Source of the DNA: Nitrospirota bacterium
GTDB lineage: Bacteria > Nitrospirota > Thermodesulfovibrionia > UBA6902
DNA length: 64,000 nt
Direction of reading: 5' to 3'
Assembly: GCA_016213935.1 (NCBI GenBank)
Contig: JACQZG010000007.1
Span: forward strand, 2,206 to 66,205
The position numbers and the translations under genes were made by a program. Positions 20,192 through 31,839 of the stretch are shown in pieces. Each line of letters opens with the position of its first letter. Within the stretch, counting starts at the first letter, position 1. Under the pieces are notes generated by a model. That model made no database searches and had not been told where the DNA came from. It was given only the letters and a program-made list of their open reading frames with translations.

Positions 20192-20950
20192 TTGATAAAA
20201 TTCATCAATGTCAATAAGTGGTTCAAGGAGCACCAGGTCTTAAAGAACGTCAACCTCGAGATATCCAAGGGCGAAGTCGTAGTTATATGCGGCCCGAGCG
20301 GCGCAGGCAAGAGCACCCTCCTCAGAACAATCAATAAGCTTGAGCCGATACAGAAAGGTGATATCGTCATCGAGGGAGCCCATCTTTCCGACAATACCAT
20401 TAACATAACATCAATGAGGGCTGACATAGGCATGGTCTTTCAGCAGTTCAATCTCTACCCGCACATGTCGGTAATCAAAAACATCATGCTCGCGCCCGTG
20501 AAGGTGAGGAAGATAAGCAAGAAGGAGGCACATGACAGGGCGATGCGCCTGCTTGAGAAGGTAGGGCTCGCGCATAAGCGCGACTGCTATCCCAACCAGC
20601 TCTCAGGCGGAGAGCAGCAGAGGGTCGCCATAGCGAGGAGCCTCGCGATGGAGCCGAAGATAATGCTTTTTGACGAGCCGACCTCCGCGCTCGACCCGGA
20701 ACTCATTAACGAGGTGCTGGATGTCATGATATCGCTTGCCGACGAGGGCATGACCATGGTGGTCGTCAGCCATGAGATGGCCTTTGCACAGCAGGTTGCG
20801 AACAGGGTTGTCTTTATGGACAACGGCGAGATTATCGAGATAGGCGTTCCCCCTAATATCTTCATCGATCCACAGCATGAAAGGACAAAGGCGTTCATGA
20901 GCAACGTCCTTCATATGCCCGTTTTCTGCTATAACGAAGAGAGGAAATAA
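20192..20950 (+). CDS. Polar amino-acid ABC transporter ATPase (GlnQ/TcyC-like), orphan
   Basis: [43 protein letters not shown]. No permease or binding protein adjacent. Confidence 0.92.
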   Translation: MIKFINVNKWFKEHQVLKNVNLEISKGEVVVICGPSGAGKSTLLRTINKLEPIQKGDIVIEGAHLSDNTINITSMRADIGMVFQQFNLYPHMSVIKNIMLAPVKVRKISKKEAHDRAMRLLEKVGLAHKRDCYPNQLSGGEQQRVAIARSLAMEPKIMLFDEPTSALDPELINEVLDVMISLADEGMTMVVVSHEMAFAQQVANRVVFMDNGEIIEIGVPPNIFIDPQHERTKAFMSNVLHMPVFCYNEERK

Positions 20951-21035
20951 AGCAGGAATTTTCACCCTTGCAAAGCCCTCTGAACCTCCTTCCGTAATTT
21001 GACTTTTCATAGGTATTGAAGTAAGGTAAGTATGT

Positions 21036-21112
<77 letters not shown>

Positions 21113-21122
21113 AACAAATTCA

Positions 21123-21153
21123 AGGACTTGCGGTTTTCCGTGAGTCTTTTTTT
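21123..21153 (+). terminator. Intrinsic terminator after the tRNA
   Basis: AGGACTTGCGG-TTTT-CCGTGAGTCT followed by a T run. Confidence 0.7.
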
Positions 21154-21405
21154 GCGAAAAACGGGGTTTTTTCTGACGGAGGCGGATAATATGAAATCCG
21201 TCACTAATGTTCCTGTCCGAAGAAAAACAGGTCGCTCTGCTCTTTGCGTTTGCTTTTAATTTCAGCCACAACATCTTCCACGGCATGCCTTTTCAGCATC
21301 TTTGCGCGCTCGCTTATTATTTCAGCTTGACAATATAGCGATAATCTATTGATATAAAAGCTCCATATATGATACGCTAACATACCCTTGCAGCTTTGCC
21401 GGGGA

Positions 21406-21483
21406 ATACACACGCCCATCCAATGCTCTCTCTCTGGGTGTTCCGACTAATCGGGATGGAGAGGGAAAGGGCGGAGGAAAAAC
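21406..21483 (+). ncRNA. rpsB 5' leader (t44-like S2 autoregulatory element)
   Basis: ACACACGC...CTCTCT-GGGTG...GGAGAG...GGCGGAGG pattern directly upstream of rpsB, as in known rpsB leaders. Confidence 0.65.
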
Positions 21484-21498
21484 TAAGGAGGCACACAC

Positions 21499-22302
21499 AT
21501 GGTAGTAACAATGAAGGAACTTCTGGAGTCGGGTGTCCATTTCGGGCATCAGGTAAAACGCTGGAACCCGAAGATGAAGAAGTATATTTTCGGGGCGCGC
21601 AACGGCATTTACATCATCGACCTTCAGAAGACGATCAAGATGCTTGAGGACGCGTATCACTTTATCAAGGATGTTTCGAGCAGGGGAGAAGCTATTCTTT
21701 TTGTTGGCACAAAGAAGCAGGCCCAGGAGGTTGTTCTTGAAGAGACACTGAGGGCCGGCTGTTTCCACATCAACCAGCGCTGGCTCGGCGGCCTGCTCAC
21801 CAACTTCAAGACGATAAAGCAGAGTATCGAGAAACTGAAAAAGATAGAGAAGATGAAGGAAGACGGCACATACAGCCTTCTCACCAAGAAAGAGGTCGCG
21901 AAGTACGAGAAAGAGAGGGTCGGGCTTGAGAAGAACCTTTCAGGCGTAAAAGAGATGAACAGGCTCCCGGGCGCGATGTTTATAATCGACCCGAAGAAGG
22001 AGAGAATAGCTGTCGCTGAGGCGAAAAAACTCTCAATTCCGATAGTGGCTGTGGTTGACACGAACTGCGACCCTGACGAGATAGATTACGCTATCCCGGG
22101 CAATGATGACGCCATAAGGGCCATCAAGCTTGTGACGTCCAAAATGGCTGACGCGGTTATAGAAGGGAAAGGGATATGCAGCAAGACTGCCGAAGAAGAG
22201 GCTGCCGGAAAGGGCGCTGTTGAGAGCGAAATCCCCGTTGAAGAGGCGCTGATGGGCGGTATATACGATGAAGACGAAGAGGAATATAAGGAGGAAGTTT
22301 AA
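21499..22302 (+). CDS. rpsB: 30S ribosomal protein S2
   Basis: [26 protein letters not shown]. Confidence 0.98.
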   Translation: MVVTMKELLESGVHFGHQVKRWNPKMKKYIFGARNGIYIIDLQKTIKMLEDAYHFIKDVSSRGEAILFVGTKKQAQEVVLEETLRAGCFHINQRWLGGLLTNFKTIKQSIEKLKKIEKMKEDGTYSLLTKKEVAKYEKERVGLEKNLSGVKEMNRLPGAMFIIDPKKERIAVAEAKKLSIPIVAVVDTNCDPDEIDYAIPGNDDAIRAIKLVTSKMADAVIEGKGICSKTAEEEAAGKGAVESEIPVEEALMGGIYDEDEEEYKEEV

Positions 22303-22304
22303 GG

Positions 22305-23168
22305 ATGAGCTTTAGCGCAAATGATATAAAAGAGCTGAGGGAGCAGACCGGCGCGGGCATGATGGAGTGCAAAAGGGCGCTGACCGAGAGCGGGGGGGAT
22401 TTTCAGAAGGCCGTTGACCTGCTCCGGAAGAAAGGGCTTGCCGCCGCGGCGAAGAAGGCAGGGCGCATAACTTCAGAAGGCATTGTTGCCCTTAATGTGA
22501 GCGGTTCGGCCGGCGTGCTTCTTGAGGTCAACAGCGAAACCGACTTTGTCGCAAAGAATGAAGAGTTTCAGAAATATGCCCTGGAAGTTGCGGGGCTCGT
22601 TGCGGAAAGGAATCCCGCGGACATCGAATCCCTGCTCAGCATGCAGCTTGGTAATATAACTGTGGAGGCGAGGCGCCAGGAGCTTATACAGAAGATAGGC
22701 GAGAACATCTCTCTTCGCAGGTTCGTCCGTTTTGAGACGAACGGCAGGATAGCCTCTTATCTTCACGGCACGCGGATAGGCGTGCTGGTGGAGCTTGAGG
22801 GCGGAGATGAACAGTTGGGGAAGGATACCGCGATGCAGGTCGCCGCGTCTAATCCGTTATACTTAAGCAGGGAAACGGTCCCGTCTGAAGATCTTGATAG
22901 GGAGCGCGCGATTTTCGAGGCGCAGGTGAAGGAGTCTGGCAAGCCGGCCGCGGTCGTCGGCAAGATAGTCGAGGGAAAGCTTGAGAAATTTTTCGGCGAG
23001 GCCTGCCTCATGGAGCAGGTCTTTATAAAAGACCCAGACGGTAAATTGAAGGTGAAGGATATCCTGAAGGGAGCGTCGATACGCAGGTTCGCCCGTTTTC
23101 AGGTGGGCGAAGGGCTTGAGAAGAGAAAAGAAAATTTCGCCGAGGAGGTCGCCTCGCAGCTTAAGTAG
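22305..23168 (+). CDS. tsf: Elongation factor Ts
   Basis: LREQTGAGMMECKRAL, EVNSETDFVAKN. Confidence 0.97.
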   Translation: MSFSANDIKELREQTGAGMMECKRALTESGGDFQKAVDLLRKKGLAAAAKKAGRITSEGIVALNVSGSAGVLLEVNSETDFVAKNEEFQKYALEVAGLVAERNPADIESLLSMQLGNITVEARRQELIQKIGENISLRRFVRFETNGRIASYLHGTRIGVLVELEGGDEQLGKDTAMQVAASNPLYLSRETVPSEDLDRERAIFEAQVKESGKPAAVVGKIVEGKLEKFFGEACLMEQVFIKDPDGKLKVKDILKGASIRRFARFQVGEGLEKRKENFAEEVASQLK

Positions 23169-23180
23169 GGCTATTTATAT

Positions 23181-23936
23181 ATGGCACGTGCACGGTACAG
23201 GCGTGTGTTGCTCAAATTAAGCGGGGAAGCCCTGATGGGCGGCAAGTCTTTTGGCATAGACCAGAAGATAGTCCGCTCCATAGCGTCCGAGCTTAAGGAG
23301 ATCTTCCGCTCAGGCACGCAGATCGCTGTTGTCATCGGCGGAGGCAATATATTCAGGGGGCTCGAAGCGAGCTCCGAGGGGATGGAGAGGACCACCGCTG
23401 ATTACATGGGGATGCTGGCAACGGTTTTGAATTCCCTTGCCCTCCAGAATGTTCTCGAAGGCATGGGGGTTCCGACAAGGGTGCAGTCAGCCATAGAGAT
23501 GAGGGAGCTTGCGGAGCCTTATATCAGGAGAAAGGCCGTAAGGCATTTGGAAAAGGGGAGGTTCGTGATATTCGCCGCGGGCACGGGAAACCCGTATTTC
23601 ACGACCGACACAGCCGCCGCTCTAAGGGCGGTTGAGATAGGGGCGGATGTGATACTTAAGGCGACAAAGGTGGACGGCGTTTACAGCAGCGACCCGGTGA
23701 AAGACCCTTCAGCTGAAAAGTTCAGGGAGATATCTTATATCGATGTCCTCAACAAGAAGCTCAAGGTCATGGATTCAACCGCAATATCTCTTTGCATGGA
23801 CAACAACCTTCCGATAATAGTCTTCAGCCTTTTAAAGAGAGGCAATATTAAAAAGATACTTGAAGGCCAGAAGATCGGCACCTTGGTGAAAGGGGGAGCG
23901 GTTTATGGAAAAAGAGGCAAAAAAAAGAATAACTGA
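23181..23936 (+). CDS. pyrH: Uridylate kinase
   Basis: [25 protein letters not shown]. Confidence 0.98.
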   Translation: MARARYRRVLLKLSGEALMGGKSFGIDQKIVRSIASELKEIFRSGTQIAVVIGGGNIFRGLEASSEGMERTTADYMGMLATVLNSLALQNVLEGMGVPTRVQSAIEMRELAEPYIRRKAVRHLEKGRFVIFAAGTGNPYFTTDTAAALRAVEIGADVILKATKVDGVYSSDPVKDPSAEKFREISYIDVLNKKLKVMDSTAISLCMDNNLPIIVFSLLKRGNIKKILEGQKIGTLVKGGAVYGKRGKKKNN

Positions 23937-24462
23937 GAGGATGGAGAAGGCCCTCGAGTCCCTGAAAAAAGACCTGGCGGGCATAAGGACAGGCAGGGCG
24001 TCGCTCTCCATACTTGACGGCATACTTGTCAATTCCTACGGCACGCCGTCGCCGATTAATCATGTCGCCACATTAAGCGTTCCAGAGAGCAGGCTCATCA
24101 CTATACAGCCCTGGGACGTCAAGATGATATCCGAGATAGAGAAGGCGATTCAGAAATCCGACATCGGCATCAACCCTTCAAACGACGGCAAGATAATAAG
24201 GCTGGCGATACCCCAACTCACAGAGGAGCGCAGAAAAGAGATTGTTAAGCATGCCCACAAAAGGGGCGAAGAGGCAAAGGTGGCACTGAGGAACATACGC
24301 CGCGACGGCAATGAAGAGATGAAGGTGATGGAGAAGGAGAAGCACCTGAGCGAAGACGAGACAAAGCGCGCGATTGACGACATACAGAAGATGACCGATT
24401 CGTTCATTAAGAAAATAGATGAGGTAATTTCGCACAAAGAGGCTGAGATAATGGAGGTGTAG
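23905..24462 (+). CDS. frr: Ribosome recycling factor
   Basis: [23 protein letters not shown]. Confidence 0.97.
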   Translation: MEKEAKKRITERMEKALESLKKDLAGIRTGRASLSILDGILVNSYGTPSPINHVATLSVPESRLITIQPWDVKMISEIEKAIQKSDIGINPSNDGKIIRLAIPQLTEERRKEIVKHAHKRGEEAKVALRNIRRDGNEEMKVMEKEKHLSEDETKRAIDDIQKMTDSFIKKIDEVISHKEAEIMEV

Positions 24463-24513
24463 CCCCGGCTCGGTCCTTATGAAAATTTTTGCATAATCAC
24501 TTAAATAGTGTAA

Positions 24514-25551
<1,038 letters not shown>

Positions 25552-25553
25552 CC

Positions 25554-26777
25554 ATGGAAGGCAAACAATTCGCGCCGATAAAAGGGGTACTCAATAAGCT
25601 CTCAATAAGAGACCTGAACATCAAGGGCAAGAGGGTCTTCATACGCGTTGATTTCAACGTGCCCCTTGACAAGGACCTCAACATCACAGATGACACAAGG
25701 ATACGCTCCGCGCTTCCGACTATAAATTACGCGATTGACGAAGGCGCAAAGATAATACTTGCCTCGCATCTCGGAAGGCCCAAAGGGACAGAGGATAAAC
25801 GGTACAGCCTTGCCTCTGTCGCGAGAAGGCTCCAGCGCCTTGTGAAGAAAGAGGTCACCTTCCTCGATAACTGCATCGGCCCGGAGGTTGAGGAAGCCGT
25901 TAACAAAATGTCCGAGGGGGATATCGTCCTTCTTGAAAACCTGAGGTTTCACAAGGGCGAGGAGAGCAATGACGAGGAGTTCGGCAGGGCGCTCGCGAGG
26001 CTTGCCGATTGCTTTGTCAATGACGCGTTCGGCGCGGCGCACAGGGCGCACGGCTCGATCACCGGCATAGCAAAGCACCTTCCTTCAGCCGCAGGCTTCC
26101 TGCTTCAGAAGGAAATAGAGTATCTTCAGGGTGTGATCAACCGGCCTGTAAGGCCCTTTGTCGCCATCCTCGGCGGGGCAAAGGTCTCCGGCAAGATAGG
26201 AGTCATCAAGAATCTTCAGGACAAGGTTGACAAGGTCATTGTGGGCGGAGGAATGGCCTATACTTTTTTAAAGGCATTAGGGCATCCGGTCGGCGAGTCG
26301 ATGGTCGAGAATGAGATGCTTGATCTTGCAAATGAGATCAGGTCGCACGCCCTTTCAAAAGGAATCAAGTTCTATATCCCTGTTGACTGCGTGGTTGCCC
26401 AGAACATGGAGCCCGGAGCAGAGGCAAAGGTTGTGACAGCGCAGGAGATCCCGGACGGATGGAAGGGGCTTGACATAGGCCCGGCGTCTGCGAGGCTCTT
26501 TTCAGAGGCGCTCTCAAACGCGAAGACTATATTATGGAACGGCCCCATGGGAGTTTTCGAAGTTGACGCGTTCTCGCGCGGCACCTTTGCGATTGCGCGC
26601 GCGGTCGCGGATGCATATGCTCTTACAATCGTGGGCGGAGGCGACACTGCGCTTGCGGTAAGCAGAGCCGGAGTCTCAGAGAGCATGTCATTCATCTCAA
26701 CCGGCGGAGGGGCATCCCTTGAGCTTCTTGAGGGCAAGGCGCTTCCCGGCATCGAGGCGCTGACGGACAAAAAATAA
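25554..26777 (+). CDS. pgk: Phosphoglycerate kinase
   Basis: RVDFNVP, SHLGRP, LLENLRF, WNGPMGVFE, STGGGASLE. Confidence 0.98.
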   Translation: MEGKQFAPIKGVLNKLSIRDLNIKGKRVFIRVDFNVPLDKDLNITDDTRIRSALPTINYAIDEGAKIILASHLGRPKGTEDKRYSLASVARRLQRLVKKEVTFLDNCIGPEVEEAVNKMSEGDIVLLENLRFHKGEESNDEEFGRALARLADCFVNDAFGAAHRAHGSITGIAKHLPSAAGFLLQKEIEYLQGVINRPVRPFVAILGGAKVSGKIGVIKNLQDKVDKVIVGGGMAYTFLKALGHPVGESMVENEMLDLANEIRSHALSKGIKFYIPVDCVVAQNMEPGAEAKVVTAQEIPDGWKGLDIGPASARLFSEALSNAKTILWNGPMGVFEVDAFSRGTFAIARAVADAYALTIVGGGDTALAVSRAGVSESMSFISTGGGASLELLEGKALPGIEALTDKK

Positions 26778-26780
26778 TTT

Positions 26781-27230
26781 TTATTTCTTCTTCATGTGCC
26801 GCTCAATCTCTCTCTTTGCCTCTTTTTGTTTTATCGTCTCCCTCTTTTCATACTGCCTCTTTCCTTTTCCGAGGCCGATTTCCATTTTAGCTTTACCCTT
26901 TTTGAAATATATCTTAAGAGGAATCAGGGTGAGCCCCTTCTCCCTTATCCTGCCGCCGAGCTTCTCTATCTCCCTTTTGTGAAGAAGGAGTTTTCTTGTC
27001 CTTAACGGCTCATGGTTGTTGATATTGCCGTGGCTGTAGGGGCTTATGTGGCAGTTAAAGAGAAAGGCTTCCCCGTTTTTTACGAGGACGTAACTGTCCT
27101 TCAGGTTCGCCGCCCCCGCTCTCAAAGATTTTACTTCAGTGCCCTGAAGCGATATTCCAGCCTCAATAGTTTCCTGTATCGAGTAGTCGTGATATGCCTT
27201 TTTATTCGTCGCGGCGGCTTTGATTTCCAT
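26781..27230 (-). CDS. smpB: SsrA-binding protein
   Basis: [26 protein letters not shown]. Confidence 0.98.
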   Translation of the reverse strand: MEIKAAATNKKAYHDYSIQETIEAGISLQGTEVKSLRAGAANLKDSYVLVKNGEAFLFNCHISPYSHGNINNHEPLRTRKLLLHKREIEKLGGRIREKGLTLIPLKIYFKKGKAKMEIGLGKGKRQYEKRETIKQKEAKREIERHMKKK

Positions 27231-27367
27231 TTGTAAGAAAGGATAACTTAGGGGGGTGTGTAAGTCAATTCTATCTTTTGGAAAAGACTTTGTTCATAAA
27301 ACCGAGGGCTTTGTTGATAAGCAGGCGGCCTTGCTCTGACATATTTTATAATCTCCGACTTTCTAAA

Positions 27368-27715
27368 TTACCAGTTCAATTCAGATGAGTATCCTGTTTT
27401 AGCCTTTTCTCTGCGATACCGCCGGCAGTTTCTGTATGCAGGCGAGAAGATATACAGGAGAAGGGTATGGAGCGTCTTTACCGCAATAGTGAAAACTGCT
27501 CCGAAGAGAGCGCCGAGAAAACAGCCGAAGAAGAGAATAAACAATACTGTTTCATATAAACTTTTAGCCAGATATATGCCGAAGAGAGAGCCTCCCGCAA
27601 TGCCGACGGCTGAACTTATGCCAAAGGCGTAATTCCGTATCTTCTTCTTTTTCGCGTAAATGGAATCAAACTCTTCTTTAGTTATCCCAAACTGCTCAAA
27701 TTCCGTTTCTGCCAT
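27368..27715 (-). CDS. Hypothetical two-TM membrane protein
   Basis: Two Gly-rich hydrophobic segments; co-oriented downstream of the murU-amgK fusion. Confidence 0.6.
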   Translation of the reverse strand: MAETEFEQFGITKEEFDSIYAKKKKIRNYAFGISSAVGIAGGSLFGIYLAKSLYETVLFILFFGCFLGALFGAVFTIAVKTLHTLLLYIFSPAYRNCRRYRREKAKTGYSSELNW

Positions 27716-27733
27716 TTTTTCAGAGTATGATTG

Positions 27734-29590
27734 TCACAGCCTGCTTATAAGCTGATACAGCGCAGGCAACTCTTCTTTTAAAGGTTCTATATCTTCCTTG
27801 AGCAGCCTCACCCCCTCAGGCACATGCTTGAGAAAATACTTCTTTTCTTTGACTGACGAGAGGAAGGCGTAGGCGCCGAGCGCCTGCATGTGCCTCTGAA
27901 GCCTGCAGTACGGGATGCTCTTTATAAAACCTTTGATGCCGAATGTCTTCTTCCCCCTTTTGCCGGCCTTTTCAACATAGTATCTAAAGAGGCGGCCCCT
28001 GAGGCTCTCACTCAGCCTGTGATAGGGATCCCAGAGAATGGAGACGACATCATAGGCGGACGGCCCCATCCTCGCTCCCTGAAAATCTATCATTTTCAAC
28101 TCCCCGTTTTTAGTTATCATAATATTCTGAGACTGGAAGTCGCGGTGCATGACTGTCTTAACGAAAGAGTCGCAGACCGAGGCAAGATGCTCAAACTCCC
28201 TCTCAAGCAAGGGCGAATGGAGATTACTCATCCCTCGTACCCCCCTGATGAACCTCTCCATGAAATATTCTGTCTCCCACCTGAAATGCCCATAATCGAA
28301 TATTCTCTCGCCGAGGATCGGGCAGTCCATCATATTTAGAGTGGCGTCGACATGGAGCAATATGAGCATATCAAGGGCTTTTCTGTAAATGCCCTCTTCC
28401 GCTTTTTCGTCTCTCGGGCACCTGAGCCAGTTGTAAAGAGAGGCGTCGCCGAGGTCTTCGAATACCGCCGTCTTTTTTTCAGGGTCATGGCTCTCAAGCC
28501 AGGGCGTGGGGATGGAGTATTTCCGGAAGAAGAGCGAAAATTCGATATGCCTCTCAAAATCAGGGTCATCCTCGCCGCACTGCATAAGCACTGATGTCCT
28601 CTCCCCGCTTTTGATTCTGTAATAACTTCTGTCAGACCCTCCCCTGCCTATGAGCACAGGGCCTTCTCCCGCAGCTTCAGGCATTTCTGTTTTGATTATG
28701 AAATCACGCCCAAGAATGCACCCTTCATACAGACCGCCGTCCTCAGCCCTGCCTCCGGGAAGAAGCACGCTGTTTTTTAAGACTGCACCGCGTCCCAACA
28801 AGGCGTTCTCTTCGACAATCACATAACCGGAGGCTTCCATGTCCCCGCATCCTTTAATGGAAGCATGCGCATATATCATCTCTCCCTCTCTCCGCAGCAT
28901 CTCAAAGACTGTCTCTGCGTATCTTGCGGGCGTGCCGATATCGCTCCAATAACATCCGCTGACATCAACCGTGCCGACCCTGTATCCTTTTTCAACGGCA
29001 TGAAGCCAGCCGTCCACAAGGCTTGACGCGCCTTCCGGAAGGAGTTTCAGAAATTCGGGCTCATAGACGGAGATGCCTGTATAAGCCATGAGTTTTGATT
29101 TTCCAATGTCATCTTTATCAATAATGCCCACGCCTCGTAATAATCCGTCATCGTTGATGGCAACAGTGTTGAATTCAGGATAATCATGTACCGCGAGCGT
29201 TACAAGGTTTCCGGAATCAAAATGGCGGCGCAGTAATTCTTCAAGGTTCATGTCTGAGATTATGTCTGAATTGTGCAGGAGAAAAGGCAATTCTGAGAGG
29301 AAGCCTTTCGCGTTCCATAAAGCGCCGCCTGTGCCGAGAATCGTCTCCTCGGGAAATAGGGCGACATTCTGCGAATAGGGCGAAGAACTAATCCATTGTT
29401 CAATCTCTTCTCTCTTATAGTGCAGGTTCACGCCTGTCTTCTGAACGGGCAAAGAAAAGACGCGCTCAAGAACTCTTTCAAGAATAGGTTTGCCTAACAG
29501 AGGGACAAGAGGTTTGGGGATATGGTTTGTTATCGGCCTCAGCCTTTCGCCGAGGCCTGCCGCGAGGATGAATGCGTTAAAGTTTTTCAT
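27734..29590 (-). CDS. Fused nucleotidyltransferase (MurU-like) / anomeric sugar kinase (AmgK-like)
   Basis: N-terminal LAAGLGERLRPIT..PKPL, HNSDI, WSDIGT; C-terminal GSDRSYYR, EDLGD, HRDFQSQNI, IDFQGAR, QRHMQALGAY. Confidence 0.85.
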   Translation of the reverse strand: MKNFNAFILAAGLGERLRPITNHIPKPLVPLLGKPILERVLERVFSLPVQKTGVNLHYKREEIEQWISSSPYSQNVALFPEETILGTGGALWNAKGFLSELPFLLHNSDIISDMNLEELLRRHFDSGNLVTLAVHDYPEFNTVAINDDGLLRGVGIIDKDDIGKSKLMAYTGISVYEPEFLKLLPEGASSLVDGWLHAVEKGYRVGTVDVSGCYWSDIGTPARYAETVFEMLRREGEMIYAHASIKGCGDMEASGYVIVEENALLGRGAVLKNSVLLPGGRAEDGGLYEGCILGRDFIIKTEMPEAAGEGPVLIGRGGSDRSYYRIKSGERTSVLMQCGEDDPDFERHIEFSLFFRKYSIPTPWLESHDPEKKTAVFEDLGDASLYNWLRCPRDEKAEEGIYRKALDMLILLHVDATLNMMDCPILGERIFDYGHFRWETEYFMERFIRGVRGMSNLHSPLLEREFEHLASVCDSFVKTVMHRDFQSQNIMITKNGELKMIDFQGARMGPSAYDVVSILWDPYHRLSESLRGRLFRYYVEKAGKRGKKTFGIKGFIKSIPYCRLQRHMQALGAYAFLSSVKEKKYFLKHVPEGVRLLKEDIEPLKEELPALYQLISRL

Positions 29591-29614
29591 CGAATAAGAG
29601 GTCTGTTTCAGGCA

Positions 29615-30790
29615 CTATTTATAGATAAGATATCTCTTCCTGACACTTCTGTTAAACCTGTCACATTCTTCTCTCCACCGCTTTTCCATATCATTCAGGG
29701 AACGGCCGTTCTCAATATCCCTGCGAAGCCTGTCTGTGCCGGCAAGTATGTCTATCGGCAGTTTCTTCTTCTCATATTCATACGGCGGCTGTTTCCATTT
29801 AAACTTTCCGGGATAAAGCTTATGCGCGGCCTTCAGTATCGCGACGCCGGTTTTAAACGGCTTAAAGATATTTCTCTCCGTCACATGTATCTGCGCGCCT
29901 CCGCATAACCTGCCCGCGTGTTTTTGAAATGTCGGCTGAAAGTGCATCGGCCTGAAGAATACTCCGGGCAATTTGTATGAATTCAGTTTTTTTATCATTG
30001 CATCAGGGTCAATAAACGGCGCGCCGAATATCTCAAAAGGCCGTGTGGTGCCGCGGCCTTCGCTCAGGTTTGTTCCTTCAAGCAGGCACATGCCCGGATA
30101 AACAAGGGCTGTCTCTATTGCCGGCATATTCGGCGAGGGCATAACCCACGGCAGGCATGTTTCGTCAAAGAACATCTTCCTCTTCCAGCCCTGCATCGGA
30201 ATTACGTGAAGATCCAGTTGCGGGTAATATGTATCTTTAAGATAAAGAGCAATCTCGCCTGCCGTCATCCCGTGGCGAACAGGCAGGGGCCGTTGCCCGA
30301 CAAAAGATGCGTACTGCATATCCAGCACAGTGCCTTCAGTAATGCTTCCTCCAAGAGGGTTCGGCCTGTCGAGTATAACAATCCTTCTGTTCTCTTCAAG
30401 GCATGCCTGCATACACAGCTCCATTGTCCAGATAAAAGTATAGTAACGCGAGCCGACATCCTGAATGTCTATTACCAGCGCGTCAATGTTTTTAAGCATT
30501 GAGGGCGAGGGCTTGCGCGTGTCGCTGTAAAGGCTGTAAACAGGGATGCCGGCCTTTTCATCGGTAAAACCCTTCCACTCTATCATGTTGTCCTGAGTCT
30601 CGCCGCGTATTCCGTGCTGAGGGCCGAAGAGGGCTGAGAGTTTTATCTTTCCTGAATTGGAAAAGAGTTCAACGGCATGACTTAAATTTTGGTTTACAGA
30701 CGCTGGGTGCACTACAAGCCCCGCGCGCGCGCCCGTCAATTCTTTAGGCCATTCTTTCTCAAATAAATCGAGACCTGTCTTAACGCTCAT
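29615..30790 (-). CDS. namZ: Exo-beta-N-acetylmuramidase NamZ family (DUF1343)
   Basis: LFGPQHG, DIQDVGSRYYT, LDRPNP, SEGRGTTRPFE. Start placed at ATG 30790 (MSVKTG); no signal peptide. Confidence 0.88.
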   Translation of the reverse strand: MSVKTGLDLFEKEWPKELTGARAGLVVHPASVNQNLSHAVELFSNSGKIKLSALFGPQHGIRGETQDNMIEWKGFTDEKAGIPVYSLYSDTRKPSPSMLKNIDALVIDIQDVGSRYYTFIWTMELCMQACLEENRRIVILDRPNPLGGSITEGTVLDMQYASFVGQRPLPVRHGMTAGEIALYLKDTYYPQLDLHVIPMQGWKRKMFFDETCLPWVMPSPNMPAIETALVYPGMCLLEGTNLSEGRGTTRPFEIFGAPFIDPDAMIKKLNSYKLPGVFFRPMHFQPTFQKHAGRLCGGAQIHVTERNIFKPFKTGVAILKAAHKLYPGKFKWKQPPYEYEKKKLPIDILAGTDRLRRDIENGRSLNDMEKRWREECDRFNRSVRKRYLIYK

Positions 30791-30903
30791 TATTTTCTTT
30801 CTCCGCTCGATTTGTAATTTTTTGTATCTTGAAATGTCATTAAAGTTTAATTTCAATGACATTATATGGCTATTGAAAAATAATGGCAACGGAGTGAGAT
30901 GTT

Positions 30904-31326
30904 TTATCGGGGCAAAGGGAATCTCTTCAGGATAATAGCGTAAAACTCTTCAAAGTCTTTAAGATCCTCGGTCAATATTGATTTGAGTATATTCACATCT
31001 ATTGTTTTGTAATCATGCACTGCTATATTTCTGAAGCCTACCATTGATTGCATCTTTTTCATGAGGGTTTCATCGATTATGCCTGCCTCGTTCAGAAATT
31101 TAAAATTCTCTTTTATCTGAAATGCGAGGCCCAGTCCCTCAGAAGCGGATATATGAGCTGCGATATCAATAACTGATTCTATCGCTCTCTGGAGATTAAG
31201 AATAAAAATATCCTGCTTATCAATATCGTCAAGACTCTTGGGGTCAAGGCCGGTTACTCCCCTGATTCGCTTCAGGCATCTTTGTATATTGCCTGTCTTT
31301 GCAAGAATAATATCCATGTCAGGCAT
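30904..31326 (-). CDS. HEPN/DUF86 RNase toxin (HepT-like)
   Basis: RNIAVHDY matches RX4HXY. Confidence 0.88.
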   Translation of the reverse strand: MPDMDIILAKTGNIQRCLKRIRGVTGLDPKSLDDIDKQDIFILNLQRAIESVIDIAAHISASEGLGLAFQIKENFKFLNEAGIIDETLMKKMQSMVGFRNIAVHDYKTIDVNILKSILTEDLKDFEEFYAIILKRFPLPR

Positions 31327-31714
31327 AGATCCTGCCTTTTAACATCTTTTCTTCAGCCTCTTTTCTTATATGCTTAAGATCATCGTACTCTTTCACTGTT
31401 CTTACATAAAAGTCGCAGTATGCGGCATCGCCCTTTTTCAGCAATTCCCCGTTTTTCAGCACCTGCATCCTGATAATCGGCGAAGAGTCATTCAGAACAA
31501 CTATATCGACTTGCCTGCCGGCGGCCTCTGACACCTCAGCTGTTATCTTCAGGACATCTTGAAACCCCGGCGCGTTGCCGAATAACAGGCCGATGTCAAT
31601 ATCGCTCTCTTCAGTCAGGCGGCCGCTGACTGCGGAGCCGAAGATAAAGGCAAGAAGGACATTGTCTCTGTCTTTGAAATATTCTTTTAATGTTTCGAGA
31701 TTATTTGCGCTCAT
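31319..31714 (-). CDS. Minimal nucleotidyltransferase antitoxin (MntA-like)
   Basis: FGSAVSGRLTEESDIDIG matches GSX10DXD; overlaps the HEPN gene. Confidence 0.88.
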   Translation of the reverse strand: MSANNLETLKEYFKDRDNVLLAFIFGSAVSGRLTEESDIDIGLLFGNAPGFQDVLKITAEVSEAAGRQVDIVVLNDSSPIIRMQVLKNGELLKKGDAAYCDFYVRTVKEYDDLKHIRKEAEEKMLKGRIYA

Positions 31715-31839
31715 ATATTTAAAATTATTCTTATTCTATTATATCACTTGCCTTTTCCCATCTGAACTGTTTATGCGGCAAATACGCGTGGGATATTATA
31801 AGCCTTTTGATTTCTTTTCATGCTATTTCGAAAGCCCGC

